DNA of 64,000 bases, taken from a virus. The DNA lies in the IMG/VR virus record IMGVR_UViG_3300046171_000193, positions 1 to 64,000 of that record; one strand, 5' to 3'. This document shows positions 7,650-17,134 of this stretch, piece by piece (position 1 is the first letter of the stretch; every line of letters begins with the position of its first letter). The notes beneath the pieces are model-generated. The model was not told where the DNA came from and searched no databases. It saw only the letters and a program-made list of their open reading frames with translations. A program made the translations under genes and the position numbers.

Positions 7650-8879
7650 ATGGAAAATTTTAAAACAAGCATAACCGAAAACAAAAATACGCATATGACC
7701 CATATCGAAGATAAGGTTATATACGGCGGTGTCAATGGAACACGAGATGCGATTATGGCCTTACGTTCTTTGAGAGATATGTTGGCAGGTCAACACGAAG
7801 GTAATGTGTCAGTTAAGTGGGATGGAGCTCCAGCAGTATTTGCTGGTATCGATCCGACTGACGGAAAATTCTTTGTAGCAAAGAAAGGTATCTTTAACAA
7901 GAATCCTAAAGTGTATAAAACACCTGCAGATGTTGATGCTGATACCTCTGGCGATCTCTCTGACAAACTGAAAGATGCTCTTAAGTTTTTGCCAGATCTT
8001 GGTATCAAAGGAGTTATACAAGGAGACTTCTTATTCGGCCGTGGTGATTTAAGCAAAACAAAAATAAACGGTGAACAATATACCACGTTTCATCCTAATA
8101 CTATTGTATATGCAGTACCAAGTAAATCTCTAGCTGCAGCTGCTGTAAGAAAAGCAAAGATGGGAATTGTTTGGCATACAACATATACCGGTAAAACATT
8201 TGAAACTATGAGAGCTTCTTATGGTGTAGATGTTTCTAAATTAAAAAAATCTAATGCAGTCTGGTCTCAAGATGCTATGCTAAGAGACTTGACTAATATA
8301 ACAATGTCAAAACGTGATACGGAGGAAGTGAATGAATATCTATCAACTGCTGGTAAAATTTTTAACAGGATCTCAGGAACAACACTTAGGGAGCTCGAAA
8401 AACAGGAAGAGTTACAGAGGCTCATTGAAACCTACAACAACTCCTTTGTCAGAGCAGGCACAGTCATTGGAAATACAAGAGGACATGTATCTGGGCTCAT
8501 TCGTTTCATCTCTCAAAGATACAAAAAAGAAATAGATAAACGCAAAACTGAAAAAGGTAAGACCGCTCAGCAGCAAAAATTAGATACAATATTGTCATTT
8601 TTTAGCGTACAAAACAAAAAAAGTTTAGAACAACTATTTGAATTGCAAAAAGTTATTGTTCTGGCAAAATTAAAACTTATAAATATACTAAACAAGCTAG
8701 CGAAGGTGAAGACCTTCGTAAAGACACAAAATGGATACAAGGTAACTGGAGAAGAAGGTTACGTTGCAATTGATAAACTTGGTGGTGATGCTGTTAAGAT
8801 TGTTGATCGAATGGAATTTTCGTACAACAACTTTAGCAAGGATATATTAAAGGGATGGGATAAACCGGGAAGAAGTTAA
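7650..8879 (+). CDS. conserved T4-like phage protein with ligase-type nucleotidyltransferase motifs (DUF6267-like)
   Basis: KWDG (motif I), IQGDF (III), EEGYV (IV), AVKIV (V); N-terminus MENFKTSITE. Confidence 0.65.
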   Translation: MENFKTSITENKNTHMTHIEDKVIYGGVNGTRDAIMALRSLRDMLAGQHEGNVSVKWDGAPAVFAGIDPTDGKFFVAKKGIFNKNPKVYKTPADVDADTSGDLSDKLKDALKFLPDLGIKGVIQGDFLFGRGDLSKTKINGEQYTTFHPNTIVYAVPSKSLAAAAVRKAKMGIVWHTTYTGKTFETMRASYGVDVSKLKKSNAVWSQDAMLRDLTNITMSKRDTEEVNEYLSTAGKIFNRISGTTLRELEKQEELQRLIETYNNSFVRAGTVIGNTRGHVSGLIRFISQRYKKEIDKRKTEKGKTAQQQKLDTILSFFSVQNKKSLEQLFELQKVIVLAKLKLINILNKLAKVKTFVKTQNGYKVTGEEGYVAIDKLGGDAVKIVDRMEFSYNNFSKDILKGWDKPGRS

Positions 8880-9412
8880 TGTATAGTTTTAAAGAACTAA
8901 TGGTAATGCCTGTTGAAGCAGGCGAAGACGAGTACTTAAAGTACCGTGCGATGAAGCGTCGTAAGCACATGTATGAAGCTACGATTCCTGATGGCCAAAC
9001 AGCCATGACAAAGAAACCTGATCTTACCAACAAAGATAAGAAAACTATGGGTAAGATTGCAGATCTCATGAAGCGTGCTAATGAGGACAATGAGGAATCT
9101 ACAGACGAAGCGTTATCAATGAAAACACGGATGAAACGTTCCCGTGACATGAAAAGAAATAAAAACAAATTAGGTATGGCGCGGAAGCGTATGATGAAGC
9201 GTGTAGCAAATCCTGCACGAATCAAGAAGCGTGCACGTAAGCAAGCCAGAGACATGATATATAAGAAGCTGACAAAAGGTATTCCACGGTCTGATCTGAC
9301 GCCAGCAAAGAAAAATGAACTTGAAAAAAGAATTGACAAAATGAAGCCAAGAGTAAATAGACTTACGCGCAAAATAATGCCAAAAGTAAGACAGAGAGCT
9401 CATGGTAAATGA
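8879..9412 (+). CDS. highly basic putative internal virion protein
   Basis: MYSFKEL N-terminus; K/R-rich. Confidence 0.65.
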   Translation: MYSFKELMVMPVEAGEDEYLKYRAMKRRKHMYEATIPDGQTAMTKKPDLTNKDKKTMGKIADLMKRANEDNEESTDEALSMKTRMKRSRDMKRNKNKLGMARKRMMKRVANPARIKKRARKQARDMIYKKLTKGIPRSDLTPAKKNELEKRIDKMKPRVNRLTRKIMPKVRQRAHGK

Positions 9413-10542
9413 TCAATAGATTTAGTGAGTATTTAGTAGAGGAAGAACGTATTGGTTATTTGGTCTTTGGCCGAATGAATCCTCCTACTATTGGACATGG
9501 TAAATTATTAGATAAGCTTGCAGCAACAGCTGGTCGGGCACCTTATCGCATCTATCTGTCGCAGTCAAATGATGAAAAAGATAATCCGCTTACGTATTCT
9601 GAGAAGGTTAAGTTCGCACGTAAAATGTTTCCAAGGCATGCAAGATCTATTATTATTGATAAAAAAGTTATAACTCCCTTTCATGCATTGTCAGCAATGT
9701 ATAACGCAGGATTTAAAAAGGTTGTCTTGGTTGCTGGCTCAGATCGTGTAAAAGAATACGATTTGCGTCTCAACAAATATAATGGCAAAAAGGGTTCTCA
9801 CGGCTTTTATAATTTTGAAAACGGCGTAAAGATAGTTAGTGCAGGTCAAAGGGATCCTGATGGTAAAGGCGCAGAAGGTGCATCTGGTACAAAACAAAGA
9901 GGCTATGCAAAGAGTAATGATTTTACAGGATTTTCTCAAGGGCTAAGTAAAGCCATGTCAAATCCTGATGCGAAGAAGATGTTCAATGCTGTACGCAATG
10001 GTATGGGATTAAAAGAAGAACATGAATTTAAAAGACATATTCAACTTAAGTCCGTATCAGAAACTAGAGAAGCTTTTGTTAAAGGCGAACTCTTCGAACT
10101 CGGAGAGCAAGTCATTATCAAGAAAACATCTGAGGTTGGTAAAATCACACTCATCGGATCGAACTACGTCATTGTAGAAACTTCTGATAAGACTACGAGA
10201 CAGTGGTTAGATGCTGTTGAGAAGATTGTAGAAGAAGCAAAGTACGATTATGGAACTGATGCTTCAGTAAAATATATGAAAAAGACCACGCCTGGTCAAA
10301 ACGAGGACAGTACTCCTCAGGACTCTGATATTAAAGATCGTAAAGGATCACAACCAAAAGATTATCATAGAGGCCTGAAGAAAGCAACAAAAGTAGCAAG
10401 AGACCGCCACTTTAAGAAACACGGTAAAAAAGCAGATAACGATTCTAGTGCATATAAGCCAGCACCAGGTGACAAAAAGAATAAAGGTAAAACTAAACAA
10501 TCGACTTGGACTACTAAGTTTAAGCAGATGTATGGGGATTAA
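9409..10542 (+). CDS. HxGH nucleotidyltransferase (cytidylyltransferase/NMNAT superfamily) with C-terminal SH3-like and basic modules
   Basis: FGRMNPPTIGH, DNPL, VAGSDR, SAGQRDPD, SGTKQR. Confidence 0.85.
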   Translation: MINRFSEYLVEEERIGYLVFGRMNPPTIGHGKLLDKLAATAGRAPYRIYLSQSNDEKDNPLTYSEKVKFARKMFPRHARSIIIDKKVITPFHALSAMYNAGFKKVVLVAGSDRVKEYDLRLNKYNGKKGSHGFYNFENGVKIVSAGQRDPDGKGAEGASGTKQRGYAKSNDFTGFSQGLSKAMSNPDAKKMFNAVRNGMGLKEEHEFKRHIQLKSVSETREAFVKGELFELGEQVIIKKTSEVGKITLIGSNYVIVETSDKTTRQWLDAVEKIVEEAKYDYGTDASVKYMKKTTPGQNEDSTPQDSDIKDRKGSQPKDYHRGLKKATKVARDRHFKKHGKKADNDSSAYKPAPGDKKNKGKTKQSTWTTKFKQMYGD

Positions 10543-10782
10543 ATGATAAACTTCAAAGAATATATCACAGAAGATAAAGCAGGTAGCTCACTTGCCGATA
10601 AATCTAAAAAGTCAGGTATCTCTACAGGTACTTTGCGTAAAGTATTTAATCGTGGCGTTGCTGCATGGAAAACCGGTCACAGACCTGGCACCACGCCAAC
10701 TCAGTGGGGACATGCACGAGTCAATGCTTTTATTGTCAAAAAGAAAAAAGGTGGGCTTAACCATGATAAGGACCTAGCATAA
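10543..10782 (+). CDS. small basic putative virion protein (DUF5824-like)
   Basis: MINFKEYITE; RGVAAWKTGHRPG...WGHARVNAF. Confidence 0.65.
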   Translation: MINFKEYITEDKAGSSLADKSKKSGISTGTLRKVFNRGVAAWKTGHRPGTTPTQWGHARVNAFIVKKKKGGLNHDKDLA

Positions 10783-11129
10783 TGAAATCTTTTATTCAAA
10801 TAAGGCAGGAACTAAATGAATCTCCTTACGGTGATCCATATAGAACTGTTCAACGAACAAAAGATGCTATGTCTAGTCATACTGCTGCTATAAAAAAACA
10901 TGATACAGCTATGCAATCTCATATAAACAAAGCTGATGCTGCAGAGAAAAAGGGTTTAAATACCAAAGCTGATAACCATAGAGAAGCTGCTAATGCACAC
11001 CACCTTGGAAAAGAAGATCACGATCACGCTAAAAGCTTATTAAAAAAACATGGACCAGATCATAATGGATATGAATCAGCTGCAAAAAGTGCACATTCAA
11101 GTTCAGATCGTATTCATAAAGATAACTAG
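10782..11129 (+). CDS. His-rich putative internal virion protein
   Basis: MKSFIQIRQELNE; 12 His, many at i/i+7 spacing. Confidence 0.65.
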   Translation: MKSFIQIRQELNESPYGDPYRTVQRTKDAMSSHTAAIKKHDTAMQSHINKADAAEKKGLNTKADNHREAANAHHLGKEDHDHAKSLLKKHGPDHNGYESAAKSAHSSSDRIHKDN

Positions 11130-11138
11130 GGGTTAAAA

Positions 11139-12839
11139 ATGAAAACATTCAAAGACTTAAGAGAAGCCTCAAGCGTTTCATCAAGCAATGCACAGCACAT
11201 GCTTAGTAATGATGCTGAGAAAAAAGCACATTCAGCTCTCATGCAAAAGAAGCATGACGTTAAAACAACTTATCATGGCAGCGATGAACTAAAATATCAC
11301 GGTTCTCAAAAGAATGTAAAGAAAGCTCTTGGTACTCATTATGGCGGTGATCATGATCATGCAAAAGATGATCATCCACACATTTATAAAGAAAACGTCA
11401 AAACCGCTGATAGAAAACCTGAAATCTATACAAAGCCTGATGGAAAAAAGGGTACACGTATGGTGCCTGTGGATAGAGAAGTTATCAAGCAGGAAAAAAC
11501 TCTTGAATGGCTAAAGGCATCGCTTGCAAGAGAAGCAAAGAAAGTTAAACCACGTCAAGACGATATGGAAGAAGCTTACGAGAACACAATGTACTGTAAA
11601 AAGTGTGGGTGTGAGAGAGGTAATCCAGATCCTGACTGTTCATGCAAAATGGAAAACGCTTCATTGACAGATGCACAATGTTATTCAGAACAATCTAAAT
11701 GTGGATCTTTACGTAAAGAAGACGTTAACGAGCTAACAATTGCTGATGTCCAAAAGGCTACTGCGATGGCAAAGAAACGTCAAGCAAAAGAACGTGAAGC
11801 CGGAAAGAAAAGTGTATCAACCACTGATCTTGGAGCACGTATGCCTAAAAAAGAAACATTTGAGCCTCATATGATGTATGATCCAAAAACAGGCAAGGGC
11901 TATAAAGCTGATAAAGAAGCCGATCATCTTCGCATGAAGAAAATGGGATACACGCATGACAAACCTAAGAATGAAGCCCACGATCCTAAGCACGTCAAGC
12001 AGGCAGTCGGCATTGCGTCTGATCCCAGATACAAGGGCGGAAATATGACAGGCGCAACTAAGGTGATTAATAAACTTTCAAAAGGTTTGTCAGATCATCC
12101 TCAAGTTAAAGCCGTACTAAAACGTCAGAACGAGGGCCTTAAAACTTTTGCCGAGATTTCAAAAGGTATGGCAGGTCGTTATATTAAAAAGGCGCAAGTA
12201 AGTACAGCAGATGCTGCAAAGAGTACTGAGCGTGGATACACTGACTCTCGTTCTCAAGATCGTGATATTTCTAAAGCAGGAAAAGATCAAGCTAAAAAAG
12301 GTATTAAGACGTTTATTAATCGTAATAAAGGTACATCTACTGCAGTTAATAAATTAACTGGTAAAGCTAAAGTACCTGCAAAAGAAGGTATGGCACAAGG
12401 CATTGTAAAACAAAAAATATCTAGAGAAAAGGATATGGATGCCAAGAGACATGACCGAATGATGGACCGTGCAAGAACATCAGATACTAAAAAGAAAAAT
12501 ATGAGTGAAACTTTGGATCATCATAAAAAAGCATTAGATCACCATCGGAAAATGAGAGATGCACATATGCATGCTGATGATCATGATCCAGGCGATACTC
12601 CTCATTATAAATCAGCCGAACATCATGGAGATGCTGCGATTCAACATTCATATATTATCGATCGAATGAAAAAAGATAAAAATCATCCTGAGTTAAAAGA
12701 TCGTGTGGCGAATGCACATAAACAATCTATTAAAGCTAATAAACATACATCTACGTCACATTCAAGATCAAAGCACGATCCTAAGTTTAGAAGCCGGTTC
12801 GACGATCATTTAAAGAATAACGGCGGAACTAGTAAATAA
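11139..12839 (+). CDS. modular, hydrophilic, His/Lys-rich putative internal virion polyprotein
   Basis: MKTFKDLRE; modules separated by x-x-E sites; Cys cluster CKKCGC; His-rich C-terminus. Confidence 0.7.
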   Translation: MKTFKDLREASSVSSSNAQHMLSNDAEKKAHSALMQKKHDVKTTYHGSDELKYHGSQKNVKKALGTHYGGDHDHAKDDHPHIYKENVKTADRKPEIYTKPDGKKGTRMVPVDREVIKQEKTLEWLKASLAREAKKVKPRQDDMEEAYENTMYCKKCGCERGNPDPDCSCKMENASLTDAQCYSEQSKCGSLRKEDVNELTIADVQKATAMAKKRQAKEREAGKKSVSTTDLGARMPKKETFEPHMMYDPKTGKGYKADKEADHLRMKKMGYTHDKPKNEAHDPKHVKQAVGIASDPRYKGGNMTGATKVINKLSKGLSDHPQVKAVLKRQNEGLKTFAEISKGMAGRYIKKAQVSTADAAKSTERGYTDSRSQDRDISKAGKDQAKKGIKTFINRNKGTSTAVNKLTGKAKVPAKEGMAQGIVKQKISREKDMDAKRHDRMMDRARTSDTKKKNMSETLDHHKKALDHHRKMRDAHMHADDHDPGDTPHYKSAEHHGDAAIQHSYIIDRMKKDKNHPELKDRVANAHKQSIKANKHTSTSHSRSKHDPKFRSRFDDHLKNNGGTSK

Positions 12840-12861
12840 TAAATTATATGGGAGACAATAA

Positions 12862-13209
12862 ATGAAAACCTTTTTGCAATTACAAGAAGATATGGATAAA
12901 ATAAAGAAGCCAAGTGCTTCAGAGAGACATGTGATGGTATCACAATCTGGTAGATGGAGCCAATATCACGGTTATGCAGGCAAGGGCTCCACCACTCATG
13001 ATATGCATAATCATGTCAAAGAGACATTGAAACAGTATCCTGACCATAAACCACTGCACGATCATGCCAAAAAGCATGTAGAACATATTACTGCGCTTCA
13101 TCATGCACATATGGCTTTAAAAACTGCTGAGGATAATATGATGAATAGTAAATATAAATTAGATGAACACGAACGAAATGCCTATGGGCGTAAACATAGT
13201 GGTAAATAA
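12862..13209 (+). CDS. His-rich putative internal virion protein
   Basis: MKTFLQLQE; 15 His in 115 aa; GGAG RBS. Confidence 0.65.
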   Translation: MKTFLQLQEDMDKIKKPSASERHVMVSQSGRWSQYHGYAGKGSTTHDMHNHVKETLKQYPDHKPLHDHAKKHVEHITALHHAHMALKTAEDNMMNSKYKLDEHERNAYGRKHSGK

Positions 13210-13255
13210 TTAATATGGATAAAATCAACCATAACAGATTGTTTGGAAGACAGGG

Positions 13256-13498
13256 ATGACAACTACACGAGAACACCTAATGCAAATATGGGGTATTGAA
13301 CAGGTCGCAGATCCACACGCTGCAACTGCCGGAGATGAAGTAACAGAAGGTCCGGCAAGAGATCGTCTCCTAAAGCAAATGGATAAAGCTAGTGGTAGAA
13401 CACAAGCCGATCGTGAAGCTGATGCAAAGAAAGCTGCGGAACGACGTAAGGCTGCAGATAAAGACTTAGCTGATTTTAAAAAGAAAATGGGATCATGA
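13256..13498 (+). CDS. hypothetical protein
   Basis: In operon; ATGA coupling to next gene. Confidence 0.6.
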   Translation: MTTTREHLMQIWGIEQVADPHAATAGDEVTEGPARDRLLKQMDKASGRTQADREADAKKAAERRKAADKDLADFKKKMGS

Positions 13499-13728
13499 TA
13501 AAGTTTAAGCAATTCATATCTGAAAAAAAATCAGAGTCTTGGGAAGCAGGATATAAACGTAGAGTTGTGAAAACTACAAGTGCAGAACATAAGGCTAAAG
13601 GTTACAATTGGAGAATCAAAGGTAAAGAACGTCCTGAGATTTCTATTAAATTATATAAATCTAAACCAAATCAGGCCGAGTTTAATCGCCAGATGAAAAG
13701 AGTAGCGGGGCATGAGTTCGGTGGATAG
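13495..13728 (+). CDS. small putative internal virion protein
   Basis: MIKFKQFISE N-terminus. Confidence 0.65.
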   Translation: MIKFKQFISEKKSESWEAGYKRRVVKTTSAEHKAKGYNWRIKGKERPEISIKLYKSKPNQAEFNRQMKRVAGHEFGG

Positions 13729-14011
13729 GTTTAAGACTTTCGTAGAAAAAGACTCAAAGGGTCATTTTCGTGCAACCGATAAGGGTGCAGGTATGACACA
13801 AAAAGGAGTCGATGCTGAAAATAGAAGGACTGGTGGCAACCTAAAGACTGCGGTTACTACTAAACCTAGTAAACTAAAAAAGGGATCTAAAGCAGCTAAT
13901 AGGCGTAAATCATATTGCGCTCGCAGTGCTGGACAAATGAAAAAGTTTCCGGCTGCAGCCAAAGATCCTGATAGTCGACTTCGTCAGGCGAGGCGGAGGT
14001 GGAATTGTTAG
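13712..14011 (+). CDS. small basic phage protein (DUF6321-like)
   Basis: RRKSYCARSAG...DPDSRLRQARRRWNC; DRFKTFVE near the N-terminus. Confidence 0.65.
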   Translation: MSSVDRFKTFVEKDSKGHFRATDKGAGMTQKGVDAENRRTGGNLKTAVTTKPSKLKKGSKAANRRKSYCARSAGQMKKFPAAAKDPDSRLRQARRRWNC

Positions 14012-14044
14012 GCTATGCGACAAACTCTAGAATTAACTACGGAA

Positions 14045-14323
14045 ATGAAAATGACTACTAATGCTAGATTAGACAGAATTGAAGAGAAGCTTGATAACCT
14101 CACCGAGGCTATGATTGCTTTAGCGCGCGCTGAAGAAAAGATCGCCGGTATTAAACAAGCCCAAGATAGTGGTTGGGAACGTATGAATAGATTTAGTGAG
14201 AAGTTAGATAGCATAGAGCGACAGGTTGGGGAGAATGCCAACACTGTAAAAATAATAAATAAATTATTCTGGGTAGCAGTTATAGCTGTGGCCGGATCAA
14301 TCGCAGCCCAAATGTGGATGTAA
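14045..14323 (+). CDS. coiled-coil protein with a C-terminal TM helix (XhlA/holin-like)
   Basis: RLDRIEEKLD coiled coil; LFWVAVIAVAGSIA. Confidence 0.55.
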   Translation: MKMTTNARLDRIEEKLDNLTEAMIALARAEEKIAGIKQAQDSGWERMNRFSEKLDSIERQVGENANTVKIINKLFWVAVIAVAGSIAAQMWM

Positions 14324-14334
14324 AGGAAACTAAA

Positions 14335-15150
14335 ATGAAAACACAAGACATAAGAAATATGGGCCTCGCTTTGCAATCGGTCCAAGAGAAAATATTAACA
14401 CAGAAAGACAAAGAAAAAGCTTTGGCTAAAGCTGCACGTTCAGCAAAGCCAAAAGACCAAGTATCTTTGAAACCTATGCCAACATCCTTAGCTAAGAAAA
14501 TGGCTAAAGACGAAGGCTATAGTGGTATGGTTTCTCCAGAAAAGAGAGCTGAGATTAAGAAAAAAGTAGATGCTAATATGGATTCAATAAGGGCAAAAGG
14601 TGGACAAGCCGCTGTTGATAGAGCCACTGATATAACCAGAGTAAAAGGATATAGCGGACCTAAAAAAGCCAAATCAGAAGCATTGAAAGGTGATCAACAT
14701 AAACTAGATCACGATAAAGATGGCGACATCGATGCAGCTGACTTTAAGAAATTGCGCAGTAAGAAAAAAGGCGAAAAGTCTGAAGTGAAACCACGTCAAG
14801 AACCTGATACCGAAAAAGGAAAGGGTGATGCACCAATGGAAAAAACTGAATCTACACGCTGGCCAGTATACGCTCGTATCATGGAAAAGCAAGATCGAGG
14901 AGAGCATTATAAAAGTGCTACGGATGCTGAGAAGATGGATTCAAAAGAAAATCCAGGTGGCAAAAAAATGAGAAAAGATATGAAAGCTGATAATCCTGAT
15001 GTAGATGATACAGAATCTAAAAGTCATCAGGATGCAGCAGATGCTGGTCGTAAAGGACCTGGCATGAAAGCTCGCTCTAATGATAACATGAAAGGCGATA
15101 AAGCAATTGTAAACCCAGTAAAAGGAGCAGTGACAAGTGGCAGCAATTAG
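14335..15150 (+). CDS. hydrophilic putative virion protein with an EF-hand-like loop
   Basis: DHDKDGDIDAAD; AAGGA RBS. Confidence 0.65.
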   Translation: MKTQDIRNMGLALQSVQEKILTQKDKEKALAKAARSAKPKDQVSLKPMPTSLAKKMAKDEGYSGMVSPEKRAEIKKKVDANMDSIRAKGGQAAVDRATDITRVKGYSGPKKAKSEALKGDQHKLDHDKDGDIDAADFKKLRSKKKGEKSEVKPRQEPDTEKGKGDAPMEKTESTRWPVYARIMEKQDRGEHYKSATDAEKMDSKENPGGKKMRKDMKADNPDVDDTESKSHQDAADAGRKGPGMKARSNDNMKGDKAIVNPVKGAVTSGSN

Positions 15151-15493
15151 TCCTCCAGGTTGGGCGAAGAACGCAACTCCAACCTTAAATGGTTGGAAAG
15201 ATCCTCGAACCAATGAATTATTAAAATCACAAAACATTTCCCAGGAAGCTATTGATGCGTATATGGGTGTAAGCAAAACAGTATCTAGTAGGCCGGTTAA
15301 ACCTGCAAGAGAGGAAGTTGCTCCACCGCCTAAACCTATGCAGCTCAATGAAGCACCTGCCAATCATAAAAGTCTAGATGACATGAATAAAATGGAACTT
15401 GAAGCTCATGGCAGAACAATGGGTGTTGAGTTAGACCGCAGAAAAAACAAAGACACATTAATTGAAGAATTAAAAGAGATTGTAGACGACTAA
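15137..15493 (+). CDS. hypothetical protein with a C-terminal Rho-N/SAP-like helix-extension-helix
   Basis: LDDMNKMELEAHGRTMGV...KDTLIEEL; AAGGAG RBS with GTG start. Confidence 0.55.
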   Translation: MAAISPPGWAKNATPTLNGWKDPRTNELLKSQNISQEAIDAYMGVSKTVSSRPVKPAREEVAPPPKPMQLNEAPANHKSLDDMNKMELEAHGRTMGVELDRRKNKDTLIEELKEIVDD

Positions 15494-15527
15494 TAAATAA
15501 GTCAAAGTACTTATTATTGGAAGCACA

Positions 15528-15893
15528 ATGAAATTTGATAATGTAACAGAAAGCAATTTGCTTTTGTATGCGGCCCAAAACTATCATAATCCTCTGGTCG
15601 CAAGCTCAGAGGATTTTTACGAAGATCTGAAAAGATTTAAATATATTAAAAGATTAGTAAACCGTTATTTATCTACTAGTGAATTATCTGAAAGACTAAT
15701 ACTAAATCATCTTATTATTATTTTTAATATGTTTGGTATTGAAGCAGGATGTAAGATATTGGAATTAAAACTCGATGAGCGCCATTGGCCAGTCATCAAG
15801 CCGTTTCTAATATTTTTGCGTTATATTACAAATACTGAATACACTCAGTACGAAATGGATAATGTAGTAGTAGAAGCGTTAAGGAAAATATAA
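15528..15893 (+). CDS. conserved T4-like phage hypothetical protein
   Basis: EDFYEDLKRFKYIKRL, ERLILNH; AATAAATA late-like element at 15492. Confidence 0.7.
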   Translation: MKFDNVTESNLLLYAAQNYHNPLVASSEDFYEDLKRFKYIKRLVNRYLSTSELSERLILNHLIIIFNMFGIEAGCKILELKLDERHWPVIKPFLIFLRYITNTEYTQYEMDNVVVEALRKI

Positions 15894-16459
15894 TGGGTGT
15901 TATTAAGAGAGCAGCCGATTTAGTATATACATTTAGGTTCCTCAAGTTGTTAGTAACTCCTTTTGAGAAGACAGACGCGTACCGCTTAGGAATTATTGAC
16001 GAAAAAGGTAAAAAGCTTCGTAGGGCAAAGACTGAAGAAGAAAAGAATATATACACTCCTTTTCATAGATTAGTGTATAATATTAAGAAGCTAATACCTG
16101 GTGGTAAAATAGGTTCATATGCTTCCGCTCTTTATTTAATTAAAGAAGATGGAAACTTATCAGATAAATCTATTGAAAAGATTATGGAAGAATTAGGTTT
16201 AGACTCTGAGGAGTTTATGCTATCAGAAAATAAATGGTTTGTGTGCGAAGACAAAATGTTATCACCTGGAATTTACAAAGTGCAAGGTGAAAAGATGCTA
16301 AGCACGTCATATGAAAATATAGTAAAGGCTAAAGATCAAATACGAGTATTAGAAAATGCATATCCCATTGATGAAATATATGGTATTGATATTTACGAAG
16401 CTATTCATATGAACACAAATCAATTAATACACATAACTTCTATGGAGCTGATTAAATGA
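15893..16459 (+). CDS. conserved T4-like phage hypothetical protein
   Basis: RFLKLLVTPFEKTDAYRLGIIDEKG. Confidence 0.7.
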   Translation: MGVIKRAADLVYTFRFLKLLVTPFEKTDAYRLGIIDEKGKKLRRAKTEEEKNIYTPFHRLVYNIKKLIPGGKIGSYASALYLIKEDGNLSDKSIEKIMEELGLDSEEFMLSENKWFVCEDKMLSPGIYKVQGEKMLSTSYENIVKAKDQIRVLENAYPIDEIYGIDIYEAIHMNTNQLIHITSMELIK

Positions 16460-16716
16460 AAGAAGCAGGATTATGGGCAAATATCTGGGCTAAACGCCGT
16501 GCCGGCAAAAAGATGCGTAAAAAAGGTGAGAAGGGTGCACCTACCGCTGATGCAATTAAAAAGGCCCAGGAAATGGCAGGCGGAACTTCAACCGCATCTG
16601 TTGTAGGTGCAGGAGACAATCCTTCTGGCACTGTTGTTATAGATAAACGTAGACGTAAGGATAGAGATCCTAGAGTACTAAAACGTTTTAGGACACACTC
16701 AGAACAAAATGCTTAG
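16456..16716 (+). CDS. small basic protein
   Basis: GLWANIWAKRRAG module; ATGA coupling. Confidence 0.6.
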   Translation: MKEAGLWANIWAKRRAGKKMRKKGEKGAPTADAIKKAQEMAGGTSTASVVGAGDNPSGTVVIDKRRRKDRDPRVLKRFRTHSEQNA

Positions 16717-17134
16717 AGTTTATTTATTTTTATTTTTGATGGCTACATTAGGTGGCATCGGTTACACTGCATATTCATATTATGAGATCTCTGAAGCTGA
16801 GAAGATACAGCTAAGAAAAAATAATGTTATGCTACAAGGAGCAACCGAGACATTAGAAAAAACAGTGAGCGAATTAAGAGATGAAGCTAGTAGTAATGCT
16901 TTAATGATTGTAGACTTACAAGAGGCATTACAAAAGTCAGAAGCCGGACTTGATAGGCTTAGAAAAAGATTTAGTCAAATTGATATAACAAGAGAAGCTC
17001 TCGAAGATCCAGCAGATCTCGAGCGGAGGATTAATCGTGGCGTGGACCGACTCATACAAAATATTTTATCTGATACCTCTCCTTCTATTACTGACGAGTT
17101 GCGCGAAGACGCCGGAACCGATAGTAGTAACTGA
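16709..17134 (+). CDS. i-spanin (Rz-like)
   Basis: N-terminal TM plus periplasmic coiled coil; overlapped by a lipoprotein gene. Confidence 0.75.
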   Translation: MLRVYLFLFLMATLGGIGYTAYSYYEISEAEKIQLRKNNVMLQGATETLEKTVSELRDEASSNALMIVDLQEALQKSEAGLDRLRKRFSQIDITREALEDPADLERRINRGVDRLIQNILSDTSPSITDELREDAGTDSSN

